A stretch of 64,000 nt of DNA from Monocercomonoides exilis PA203. Taxonomy: Eukaryota > Protista > Preaxostyla. Shown one piece after another: positions 36,240-48,900 of this stretch. The stretch spans positions 1,583,473 to 1,647,472 of the forward strand of contig LSRY02000017.1 of the NCBI GenBank assembly GCA_001643675.2, in the 5' to 3' direction. The notes under the pieces were generated by a model. That model did no database searches and was not told the DNA's origin. It saw nothing but the letters and a program-made list of their open reading frames with translations. How positions within the stretch are numbered: position 1 is the first letter of the stretch; each line of letters opens with the position of its first letter. The translations under genes were made by a program, and so were the position numbers.

Positions 36240-39200
36240 AATTCTCTCCATTTGCTCTCAACGCTCAAACGCAGCAAACACAGAAAGCGCCAATTTTCCA
36301 GTTGGCTTGCCAACGCTTGACTAAATGTATTGTCTGCAGTGTTTTCAATGATCCTTGCAATTTTATTTTTTTGTTTTGTTCTTTTTCTTTGGAAATCAAA
36401 CTTCTGTTTCAAGATTTGTTGCTCCATCCATTTCTGTGTTTATTCTTGTGAAACAAAACACTTGTTGAATCAAAAATTGTCAATTCTTGTTTCCTTCCAC
36501 AACTTATCCACTTGAGTTCACATTTACAAACCAGATGTCAGAGTTTCGCAATGATCAAAATAACATTGAATTTCATCTGTTCCAAAGCTGCAAATGTCAG
36601 TGTGCGAAAATTCAAAAGCAAATCAATGCTTTATGATAGCATTTTGTGATCGAAAAATAACACTTGATACTTGCATTGCTTGCGCTTCATGATGCATTGC
36701 AGATTTCAAGCTTTCAACGCTCTCTGATTAACTGTTTGAGTTTTGCTTATTCTGCCGATTTTCTTGAATCTCCAAGAAAAATTTGAATACTCAAATGGAC
36801 GTTCTGAATCTAGCCTTTCAAACCACCTTTTCGAAACATTTCATAATTTCAATTCTTTCCTGTTGAATGAAGTTCTTATTTATTCATTCGTAATATTAAA
36901 TGCTTCTTCTGAGAAAACAAAATGCAGATCATTCTTTGATGTCCATTTCATCATTTTCATTTTCTTTGAAAATGATACAAAAACATTTATGAGTTGATTT
37001 TAGAATCATGCTTTTTTTTTTTTTTTTTTTTGAAAATAGCATCTGAAGCGATACGGCCAAACATTATTCTTCGAAGCACAACATATTCCACCAACTCATC
37101 ACTCCAAAAACTTTAATTTTCCATGTTAAAAAAGATGCATCTTCCTTCAACTCTTTTTCCCTCGTATCGCACATTTGCTTCTCTCTCAAAACGTTCTTTT
37201 TCATTACATTTTTCCTTTAATATACATCTGTTCTTGTTCTAATTCATTCTCACATTCTTTTTCTTTCTTTCCATTCTCCACTGCATTCTCTTAAGCTCCT
37301 TCATTTCTTTGCATCTCATGCAACCTTCAGCCTAAGTTGGTCTTCTCCTTTCTGAGTCTAATCTTCGCTTTCTTCGTCACACTTTGCCCTTGTTCCATAT
37401 TATTGCTTTCGTTGATCATCTTCTCTTCTTTTCACAAATCGTTCTTTTTTATCCATCACTTCATTTCCATAGAAGAGAGAACAAGCCGATGAATGAAAGG
37501 AAATCCAAAAATCCAGCTGACGAAAGAGTCAAACAATTCAACAATGATGTTCTTTTGCATTCCAAAATAAATGCAAGGAAAATAAATGCAATTTGATTCG
37601 TATCTGATTCCTCTTTCATTTTTTTCCTTTTTTCTGTACCGACATGGAGGCACATTAACAATATAAATTCATTATAATTTGTTTCCAAACATCGAGTCTA
37701 ACGCGTTTCCCTCCAAATTTTGACATGTCATTGGAGCGATTAGCTCGAAATAATCCTCAAATCAAATAAAAAACAGAATCCATCTTTGTTTTTCCATTTT
37801 GATCAAAAACAAGTCATCATTTAGCAAAAGGTTCAGAAGAATTTCATTTCAAATAATTCGATGTTTTCTCTTCGATTTTGATTTGCCCGTTGCATATCCA
37901 AGCTACAACAAACGACATTTTCCTCAATTGCTTCAAGAAAGCTGATAATAAATTCAGAAAATGAACTCACGCATTAGTAGGTTCGTCAAACTGAAAACTC
38001 AGAAAAATAGAAATGCGTATGATTATTCTTTATGGCAATCCCAGCGATAGGATGAAGAAACACTCGCTGTTTCATAGAGCAACATTTGCTTTCAATGGAG
38101 CTGTAATTGATTTTGATTTCAAAATCAATAAATTGAAAAGCTTTCTAGCTGAGCTCTTGTTCAAGAATTATTGATTAAGACAACTCTCCGTAATAATCCA
38201 TAAAAACTGTTCGGTATATAAACATCAAATAAAGGAGAAATTGCTGTTGATTCACGAGAAAGTTTTTGAAACAATTCTTCAAAAATGTCTTGGAGCCCGA
38301 TATGCGCTTTCAATATAATAAATTTCAAAAGATGCCGTCAGATTTGTTCTCTTCCTCGAATAATCTACTTATTTTATCTTTTTTCCATCGCTTCTTTGGC
38401 TCCGTTCCATTCGATTAGATTTTCTTTTTTTCTCGTTCTTTCTTGCACAGTTAGCATCTGTAACCAATTGAAAAAATGGCGCTTTTCACATGACATTCGT
38501 CTTGTCCTTTATCGCACGTCCAAAATCGAAAAAAATATAAATCATAGAAAATGAAGATGACGTCCACCAAGAGCATTTCATTGGCCACTTTAAGAAAGCA
38601 ACAGCCCATATATAGAACTATCTTTGTCTCGTTGGAAAGCAATATAACCCCTTCTCTTATCTTTTTCCTTTTTAGGTGCTGTTAATTTCAGAATAAAAAG
38701 AGGGAGAGAATTTGTAACAAAGAAGCATTCTTGCGTTGACTGCAGAATTGAAGGTTATCAGTCAACATTAGCTTTGAGGAAATCTTATGAACTTTTTTGG
38801 AAGTTGTGAATGATTCAATCGAACAGTTATGACAAAGATTGGTATCTGCAGGAATGGTCTAATTTTATCTTTTTAATCGGTTGATTAATTATTTCGAACA
38901 ATATCTTTGGTTGAAAAATCGAAGATTGAAGTAATTATTATTGAAAGCTAATATCCGTTGTTCATTTTTTCCCACTCAAAACCTATTCAATTCCTATTCC
39001 TCTTCAAAATGTTTGTTAATTCCAAAAGTCAGTTGCGTTAAATGTCAACCACTTTCGAATCTCTCTTCTTGCCATTTCTTGACTCTGCTTTTGCAGTAGT
39101 TGCACTGCCTTTGCTCGATTCAGATAAAAGCTTCTTTTGCACCAACAAATCAAAGTCGTGAAGAGATCTTTCCAAAGATTATTTTCCTTCATAGTTCATT

Positions 39201-39759
39201 AATGTTTTGATTTCAGTATTTTTCGGTTTATCGCTTGTCAATAATGATATTTATGAGGATTTTACCTGATATTTGATTCATTTTCTTCTGTATCTATTTT
39301 GTTGCATATTTTGTACATTCTATTATCTAATGATGCATTGTAATTTGCCATTATTCAACTTTTATATAATTCTGGTAGAGCGAAAAAATGATATTTATAA
39401 AATACTTGGAAATAATAAAAAAAAATGCCCAAATCAATTAATGTTGAACAAAAATGATATTTAAACAGCAAACCAGTTCGATTTCAAGAACATCATTGAT
39501 ATACAATAATTTTTTCCGATGAAAGTCTGAATAATCTTCACTTCACCAGTTTGTTTTAATCACCTTGAACATATTTGGAATTGCAATTATTTGTTGCCTT
39601 TTTGGTAAATAAAAATGTTTGAGTTCTAATATAAATTGGTTAAGAATATTTTCATTCAAACATTTCTCTTCAACCATCAAACATTGACCCCTAATTAAAA
39701 AGTTTATTTAATATTTATTTATTTGCGTTTTAAGGAAAAATTAACGTAAAAATTAAAGC

Positions 39760-42700
39760 AAGCTGGAATTTGGTGAAATATACATTTCACCTTCTGTCTT
39801 TTTACACTATTGGGATCTGAGGATTCGCTATGTATCTCAGCTTTTTCCGTTTGTATATATTTTCATCGATAACTTGGCTTGTGCTTCTCAAACAAATTTT
39901 GTTTCAGAGCTTTTGCAAAAACGTATGGAGTAAAGCCAGCGCTCGGGTTTTATCGTTCTCTTTGTTCAAATATACGATTCGAATGGCTTTCTTATAATCA
40001 ATTGAACCAACTCGCCTTTGATACTGCAAATGCATTTCATTCGTTTGGACTAATGATCGGAGATAAAGTTGCAATATGGTGTTCTAATTGTGTTGAATAT
40101 TATATTGTTGTTGTAGCGTGCATTGAGATTGGACTTCTCCCATTTATTATTCCACAAAATATCTCTTCAGAATCCTGCGAATTTTTGCTTCGTTTTACAA
40201 AATCTCGCGCTTTATTTATCAGCGATGCTTTTATGCAAAAATTCTTAATGTTTTCTCCACAATGTGATACAATTTCTCTTGTTGTATATACGGACAAGCT
40301 TTTTTCTTGTGATACTTCTGATTTTCCTTTGAATAACGTCCCTCCTTCATTAAAAGTTTTACCTTTTTCTTTGTTTTTACGAATTGGTCGTCTAAGTCAT
40401 ATTCAAGAACACGAATCATTTGGAACTGATATGAGAGATTATGATGAAAATGCCTGCATTTTCGTTTCTTCCGGAACAACAGGATTTCCAAAGGCAGTTA
40501 TGGCATCACACGCAAACATCATTGCGGGTATCACAGCGTCTCGTCTCGCTCTTTCATCTTCACCTGAAATTTTGGAGTCAACAAAAGGAGAAGACTCTAC
40601 ACAAGAAAACCCGCCAGTTCAGCCAATTGCACGTCTATCATCTTCAGGTGCATCTGACTCTTTAGAATTCCCACGCGCAACAGCCTTCATTGCACAAGCA
40701 GAAAGTCAACCTCATTTAGCCACACGGCCTCTGTTGCCTGCTTGGATAATGAACTCGCTTTATTTGCTACTTCATACCCCTACTCACCCACTTATGTTCT
40801 GCCTTGTTTTTGCCATATTCAGCAAAGGCGGGATGATTGCTCTCTCAAGGACAGAAGAAGAAGTGCTTAGGTGCAAGAAAAAACAGGTTCCATCGCACTT
40901 GCACCCAGAAATGATGGCAGTAAGGGCATTGAGAGAAATGCGTGCTTCACATCCAACTGGAATGCTTGTGCGCAAAGAGCTACTCAGATGGATATGCCTC
41001 GAAGTCATCTCTTCATCCACTGCCCGTCACAAGGAAAAAGAAAGGGCATCTTCAGCTTCTTCAGCTTCTTCCAGTTTAATTCACAATGCAAGCAACTCAT
41101 CTTCACAATCCCAAAGCCATTTACAGTCTTCTCAATCATCTTTCATTCATCCACACAAAGTTTCATCGAGTACTTCTAAAAATCTTTTCCGCTGGGCATT
41201 TTCAGTCCAATCAGCTGCTCTACACCATCTCACAAAAGAGCCTTTGAATTCACTCGAAGTGCACGAAAGCACAGGCAACATTGCACACGCAGCATCGCTG
41301 GCAGCCTTTCAATACCTCAACAGCAGCAGTCCCCATCTGTCTCCCTTTCAATACTCCTTCCACCCCAAAAGCCTCTCTCATCTTCCGCTAGGCCCTCTCC
41401 TTCCTCACTTCCACTCTGCCACAGGAGAACTCAGCCGGCGCTCTTTTTCCTCGTTTTTTGAGAGTCCGCTGCCGACGCCGTCTCTTCTGTGGGACTCCAC
41501 CTTCATCGAGTCCATCCGCACGCTGCTGGGCGGCTCGCTGGGGCTGGTCGTGTGCTGCGGGTGTGGCACGCTGGCTGGCTGGGAAAGGCTGTTTTTGGAG
41601 TGCGTTCTGAACAGCACCGGAAGGAAGAAGCGGCAAGAAAGCAAACAGGCTGTGATCGCCTCTTCTGCTGCCTCGCCGGCATCTCCCTCGCCGCAGCCGT
41701 CGCCATCCAAAGCAGACACACAAAATGTGGACTCTTCTGTTTCGAGGCAGAACACACGCGATTCTGGAATACGTCTGCCAGCAAAGACAGAATTTGTGCC
41801 TCGCCGTGTTGTGATTGAGCTGTATGGAACAGCCGAGTCGATTGGGCCAGTTGCATCGACATTCTCTCCATTGCCATTGAAAGTGCATTTTTCTGCCTCA
41901 GACGACGAAAGAGGCGACTTCTACGCACATTTGGATCGGATGATGGAAAAGAAAAAAAGAGAATATATTTCAAAAAATAGTGCGCCAGGTGCGAAAAGGC
42001 TGAGGAGAATTCATCATTCGTATTCACCAGATGTTTCTCATCCTTCTTCACATTCTTCACATTCGTCGTCATCTTCTTCATCGTCGTTGTCATCATCTTC
42101 TTCTTGCATTTCATCCAGTCCATCAACTTTATCTCATTCATCTTCTCATTCATCTTCTCATTCATCTTCTCATTCATCTTCTCATTCTCTTCTGTCTCAT
42201 TCTCATCGAAGCTCTTCTCTCGATTCTTATTTCAGTTCATCGCATCACTCACAGCCAGATACCCCAAATCCTCTTCTTCATTCGCATTCTGCTTCATTCA
42301 ATCTGCCTTCACTGCTAACTGATGGAAAGCTGCCAACACGTCGTTCTCGTTCTTTTCTGGCAGAATCTGCTTTTCGGTCAGATTTTTCGATTCCTCAGAA
42401 GCGCCAGACAACTTCATTGAATGCTGTTCAGCTTCATAAAAGTTTCATTACACAAAACAAAGACACAGAACAACCTCTTTTGGAGAGCATTGCATCCGGC
42501 AGCACTCAGCCTTTTGCTCGAAAAACACAAAAAGACAAGTTGCAAACAACAAAATCATCTGCTTCATCATATCATTTGTCTTCACATAAGCATCATTCTT
42601 CTGATTCTTTATCATCATCATCATCATTTTCTTCTTCCTCTTCCTCCTCTTCATCTTCTTATCCATCTTCTGTAAAGTCGTTGAGTGCGCATTCTGCTTC

Positions 42701-44051
42701 TGTTCTCCATAGACACATGCTTTATTGGCGCAAAAGATACAAGCATCGTCCAACAGCACTCAACACCCGCCGTCTGCTGCATCGTCGCCTGTCTTCTGGA
42801 CACAACTTCAGCCTTCTGCCGCTCAGCGGGTGCGAAATGAAGATAGTCAGCTGCCCCGAAGCAGGCTATTTTGTGACAGACGAGCCATTTCCACGGGGCG
42901 AGCTGCTGATCCGCGGAGCGATGGTGATGAGAGGAGGGTACTACGGCGACACAGAACGCACCTCAGAAATAACAACCGAAGGAGATTGGATCAGAACAGG
43001 CGACTTGGCCATGTGGGATCCAGCCAATGGGCTGTTTGTGGTTGACCGGATTGTCAATGCTGCGACGATAGCAAGAAAGTCAGTGGTAACAGTGGAAGCT
43101 CATTCGTCTGTTGACAAACAGGAACATTCTGATGGAATGGATAAAACTACGAAATGGAATGTGTTGAGAACGAAGAAAAAGAAAAAGAAGAAGATGGACA
43201 GCAAAATGGATGTTTCATCAGCCGAAGAACAAGGTTTGATGGCTGCCTCGTCGGATGACTCAGACACAGCACGGCATCCAACAAAGAAGCAGATCACATT
43301 TCGGTCTTCTCAAACAGTCCTTTGTGGCTTTGTTGCGTCGCTCATTGCAGATTCATCGCCTTTCATTCGGCGCCTTTGCATTCTTCCTCGCTGCTCTTTC
43401 AGCCACACCACGTGCACTCATTTCAGAGATGCTCATTTCTCTTCCTCAAATGGCACTGCCACAAAATATCGCACTTACACCCAGCAGACTGCGAAGGATG
43501 CATTCACTTTGCTAACAACAATAGCCACACAGCAGTCTCATTCGACTTCGACATCTGCATCGTCATCTTCGTCTGCATCTCGATCAGACAGACAGGATTC
43601 AAATGACGACACATCGAGCGACTGTTCGGATGCCCTCTCTTGTCCAAATGCACCTGATGGCCTGCTGCTTGTGATTGAACTCGACTGGAGAAGACTCGTT
43701 TCTGAGTGCAATCTGCGTGTCGCATCGTCTCAACCCGATCATTCTTTTGTTGACTCTTCAAACACAAAAGCTGCTTCAGTTGCCCCGTCTGCTTCAGCTC
43801 TTCCTTTCCTCATTCCGACTCTTGCCAACGACAGCTCTGTTCGCTCTTTCGTTGCATCTCATTTGCACACACTGTTTGGCACACTTCACTTGCACATTGA
43901 TCCTGGCACACTTGATTTTCTTATCCTTCCGTGCCCAATGACTCAATCAAATGGATTTCTCAGCCTTAATGGAGAGGTTAAGCGTCATGCAATTGCGCAT
44001 TTCATAAAACGATTATTAACCAATTCAAATTCAAAACAGTTGAACATCTAA
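39760..44051 (+). CDS. Long-chain acyl-CoA synthetase / AMP-binding enzyme with large Ser/His-rich insertions
   Basis: SSGTTGFPKAVMASHANI, ELYGTAES, PRGELLIRGAMVMRGGYY, WIRTGDL..VDR. At least one upstream exon (GTTTG donor ~39849); true start not resolved. Confidence 0.8.
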
Positions 44052-44296
44052 CTGTTATTTTTTTTCATGTCAATTTTTTGTAATATTTCTGTTTATTCTC
44101 CAAAAAAGGAATATTGATACAAAATTTATTCATTGAGAAAACATAAATTTTCTTTAATAATGCGCATGAATAATTTTTTGAAGTTGTAATCTTTCAAAAC
44201 ATAATTTACAGCATAGAATTTATAACTTCTTTTTTAACGAGAAAAATGTTCCAAAAATTCTCACTCAAAAATATCCCATATATCATTTATTCATCT

Positions 44297-44657
44297 TGTG
44301 ATCACAACCCTTTCTAGGTGTTGTCGGGGACTGATGTTGTGCATGTTTTGTGCAAATATCAGCGAGCTCGGATGATACCTCGGAGCTGATCAGAATAACG
44401 GTCGGCGATGGGAAGAACGAGCAGCGCAGGCAGATCGAGCTTGGAGGGCGACTGCGCACTCAGCCGATAGAAAAGATCTTGCGCGGCGTTCTTTTTGCGT
44501 AATTGCGTGATGCGTGCAGGCCCTGATGAGCAGGGCGCTGCAGCGCGCCCCCGGAATATGTGGGGCATGCGTTTTGCGTGTTTGTTGAACTTGCGTGAAT
44601 TTGTTTCACTTCGCGTATTTTGAAGATGAATGCGTAACATTTGCGTAAACAATGCGT
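44297..44657 (+). ncRNA. Unidentified 361-bp GC-rich structured element, copy 2
   Basis: Identical to 507-867 in the same orientation. Flanked by TTTATTCAT at 44286-44294 and 44660-44668. Confidence 0.5.
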
Positions 44658-45070
44658 AGTTTATTCATTTTTTTATCATTTATGAAACCAAATTATTGTT
44701 CAAAAACTTAGAAAATTCGCAATAATTAGGAAAGTTAGATTTTTCACATTTTGAATCATAACTTTTATATTTTGAGGTTTTGAAAGCAAATTTCATTTTT
44801 GAAATCTTTTAATTTTTTCTGTTCAAATGTGTTAAAACTGTAACATGATTTTCTTTTTGTTTCTTTGTTGAGGATAATTTTTATAATGGAATAGTCAAAA
44901 ATTTCAAGATGTAGAAGCTTCGAATTTTGATTCTTCATATTCTGACTGATTACGAAATGTGAAACTTAAAAAGATTACCTGCAAGTTGTAACTCATATAA
45001 GACAATAGGCTGATTATTTTTTTGTTCAAAAATGAACTGTTTAAGATCAAAATCCCATTTGCAAAAGGAG

Positions 45071-45635
45071 ATGGCACAAAGTTCAACTTCAAACAGCTCA
45101 GATATGGATAATTCTGAACAATATCAAATAAGGCTTTTAAGAGAAGCAGATAAAGTCAAATATTTGGCATTGCTTTCACAACTTACAACAGTTGGGGAAA
45201 TATCCGACGATCAATGGAAAGAGCGCTTTGAAGAACTTTCAAGAATGAATGACACTTATGAAATCTGGGTTCTTGAAGAGAAATCAACATCGAATTTAGT
45301 GGCTTGTGCAACACTTTTGATCGAAAAGAAATTTATTCATGGCGTTAGTCAAGTTGGGCATATTGAGGAAGTTGTCACTGACTCCGCATACCGAGGAAAA
45401 GGCCTTGGCAAAAAACTTGTTTGCGTTGCTCTGTTAATCTTTTTTTCCAAATTTGACTATTTTTTTGAAATTCATTTGTTCTTGCATTTTTTTCCAGATA
45501 ACTCATTTGATTGATAGGGCAAAAATACTGAAATGCTACAAAGTCATTCTTGATTGCAAGGAAGATCTTATTCCATTTTACGCATCTTGTGGAATGAAGC
45601 AACATGCAGTTTCTGCTGCTGTGTATTTTGAATGA
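45071..45635 (+). CDS. GNA1: Glucosamine-6-phosphate N-acetyltransferase (GNAT)
   Basis: LLSQLTTVG, LLIEKKFIHG..GHIEEVV..RGKGLGKKL|I..CYKVILDC..FYASCG. Intron 45419-45497; alternative in-frame ATG at 45032. Confidence 0.92.
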
Positions 45636-45906
45636 ACCGACAATTTTTTTAATGATTATTCAATAAATTTCCATTTTCAACATGAATCTCTTACGTAGAA
45701 CTCTCGTTAGTCCGTTTCCTTCTTTGTTCGTTGATGGATGAAGATTGTTTGAGCATATTTTTGTTGCTATTTTTCACATTTTCATAAAGAAGCAATGAAA
45801 TTTGCCAAAAATATTGTAAAGTTTCTTACTACATAGACTAAATAAAATCCATTTAAAAATAAATCAATAAAACAAAATATTAAATAAATAAAATTTAACG
45901 CGAAAA

Positions 45907-48900
45907 TTAAGGATTTAGAAGTTCGTTTAAATCATCTGCAACAAAAGTTAATGGAAAGCCAATCATCCTCCTGTTTGACGAGAACGTTGTATCAGCATCA
46001 CCAAAATATTGCTCGTCATCGTCCATGCTTAGGAAAGAAAATGGATCATCTTGTTGTTGAGGAGTGTGCATTGGCATTGACGGAGTTGAAGAATAATTGT
46101 AAGTTGAAGGAGCGTCATTGGATTGGTGAAGGATTTGAAAAGAAGGCAGACTTCCAAGCTGTGAAGAAGGAGGAAGGAATACTGGTTCGTCTTCGAGCAT
46201 CTGTGTGGGAGATGCAGTGTTAAGCCCAAAAACATTTGACTGCTGTAGAAAAGAAGGCGGTTGCGGATAGGTGTTCAGAGATGTCGAGCCAGCAGACACA
46301 AAAGGAGAGGAATAAGACGACTGAGATATGACAGCGGATGAAGGAGGATTTATTGTGGATGTTGAGAGATAGTTGCGGAAGGGGTCTGTTTGCGTTGAAG
46401 GAGAATATGCAGCAAGAGACGAAGGAGTGAATGAAGGAAACGGAGCAGAAGTGCTGCCAGCTGAGAAAGATGATCCGACAGACAAGCGAGCAGCTTGATT
46501 CAGCACCGCCATTGCAGAAGGAGGAGAAGATTGCTTGGGAGCAGAAGAAGAAGCAGGTGAAAACAGTTGAGAAGACGGAAGAGAAGAAGACGGTAGAGAT
46601 GTATTTGTCCCTTCTTCCTGGTCTGAAGACGATGAAGTTATCTTCCTTTGTCCAATTGTTGTGTTGTGTTGGAGTTTTGAGCTCGACTGCTGTGTAGACA
46701 ATCGAATGGCAGGAGACGAGCTGTCTCCATCAGTAGTAGACAGATATGGCAGTGGAAGAGACCCAATCACCTTTTTGACTCCGTGTAAAAAGTCCTCTCC
46801 GATATCGTTATCATCATCGTCATCATCGTCATCGTCATCATCATCGTCTTCTTCGTCTTCATCGTTTGCTTGCTCACCTGCCAGTCTCATCGCACGTGAT
46901 CGAATCCGCTTGCTGGGCGGCTTTGGAAGAGTGACTGGTTTGTTCAGATTGTTCAGGTTGCTTTGGGTGTTTTGAGTGTTTTGAGTGCCTTGGGTGCCTT
47001 GAGTGATTTGTGTGCTCGTGTTGCTGTGGAGAGAAGGAATGTGCGCAAAAGTTCCGCTTTGTGTTGGCATCTGAGAAAGATAGCTGTCGAAATCGTCGTT
47101 TGGAAGATGCGCTGAAAAAGAAGAAAGCGGATTAGCCTCAACTTTTGGCTGAGAAGCTTTCAAAGACGGATTTGCTGAGGCGCTGCCGGAAAGATAAGAC
47201 GGAGTCAGGTCTTTCTCTTCAATCAGCATTCTTTTTCTTGCTCCAAACGATTGCTGAAAGCCTGACTTTTTGGACACCTTTTCCGCTTCTTCTTCGTCTT
47301 CCTCACGATACTCGCTGTCGCTCTCCTTTTCTCCATCAATTTCGCTTTCGCTTCTTCCTCCGCTTTCAAAATCGCTTTCTTCCGTTCGCTTCTTCCTTCT
47401 TTCGCGTGTCATTCGCTGTGTCGGTGTGTCATCATCCAGCCAGCTCAAATCGTCATCTTCTCCTTTTGTGTTTGTAACTTCGCTTCTTTCTCTGCTTTTC
47501 TTCTGCGACACGTCATCTGAACTGAAAGTGACTACAAGATTCTGATTTGCCTGTGCCCCTCTTTTTGTCTCTCTTCCTTCTCTTTCGCTGCTTCTGCGCT
47601 GCTTCGACTGCGCCATCATCGCAGACATTGCCGCTGCTGCTGCCAAGTCTGCCTCGTCGTCGTTGAAGATGTTTCCGTGTGTCGTGTGGATAGAAACCAT
47701 GTTGCCTGGCCGAAGAAGCAGGTAAGACGGCGTCTCTGTTGGATAATGCGCTCGATATGATGTTGCGTGCTCAGAGTGCTTCAAGAAGAACCGAACTGTC
47801 TTCACAAACAGCGGTGTCAAAATAGATGAATAGAGCGGAGATGCAATCACATCGCTTTGGAGTGCCTGTTGATTTGCTGTTGAATGCGCAGGATGTTCTG
47901 AAGGAAGAGGCGGAAAGGCATTTGGATGAAAAGTGGCAGCAGAGAAAAGAGAGAAAGAAGATGGCTCTTCCTTCTGCTGCGGAAAGCACAAAGAAACCAA
48001 TTCTGAAAAGAAGCGAATGCAATTTGAATAAACAAAGGAAATCATCTGATCATCGGAGAAATAGCGCATAATTTGTGTGATGATGAAAAACGATACAAAT
48101 CCTTCTTTCAACAAAGAAATGTTCCGAACTCGAAATGCATTTGCAGGTTGCTGGCTGCTTTTCTGCCCTGATTCAGTCTTTTTTTCTTCTTCATTTGAAT
48201 GTGTAACTTCCGAAGAAGAAGAGGTAGAAGTAGTAGAAGAAGAAGATTGTGGTAATTGCGATGATGATAATGATGATGATGACGCAGAAGATGAATTGTC
48301 TGATGTTGTTGAGTCGGATGGAATGGTGCTCAAAATGAAAGTGTACACGAGTGGAATTATGATAAGAGGGAAATATGAAAAGGGGCCAACCACAAAAGTG
48401 ATGATGCCCTGCTGATGGAATGTCTTCGCAGTCAGTCTTGCTGCCTCGTTGGCCACCACAAGCGAGGCTGTGTAATAGCGATATGCTGCCAGGCAGAGCG
48501 AAAGAGAACACAAATGCGCAATCATCGCCATGTTCACAAACTGAGCAGAAGACGGTGCGAGAATAGACGACTGGAGGAGAGACGGCGGAATAGCATAGCT
48601 CGGCGGAGGCTCCTGCGAAATAAGCAGCGGAAGGAGCTTTTGGATGAGGTCGGCTGTGTTGCTGGTGAGCTGTGTGGTGATGTCTTCCTGTGTTGGCTGC
48701 GAGCGGAGGAGGCTGAGGAGGCTGCGGAGGATGTTTGTGGCCACAGACGGCGGGTTAGTGCCTCTTTGCTGGGAAACATAGAACGCTTGGAGGAACTCTT
48801 CAGAGGAGCGGAAGGGCGTCGACCAGAACTCGTTGGCAAATGTGAGAGTGTTGATGGGGCCTTCTATTCGGGTGGGGCCTTCCTGTTCAGCGAAAGGCGA

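Noticed and set aside
36300-39600. Coding-like minus-strand segments
   Set aside because: I could not build a consistent spliced model or recognise a family, so they are left unannotated.
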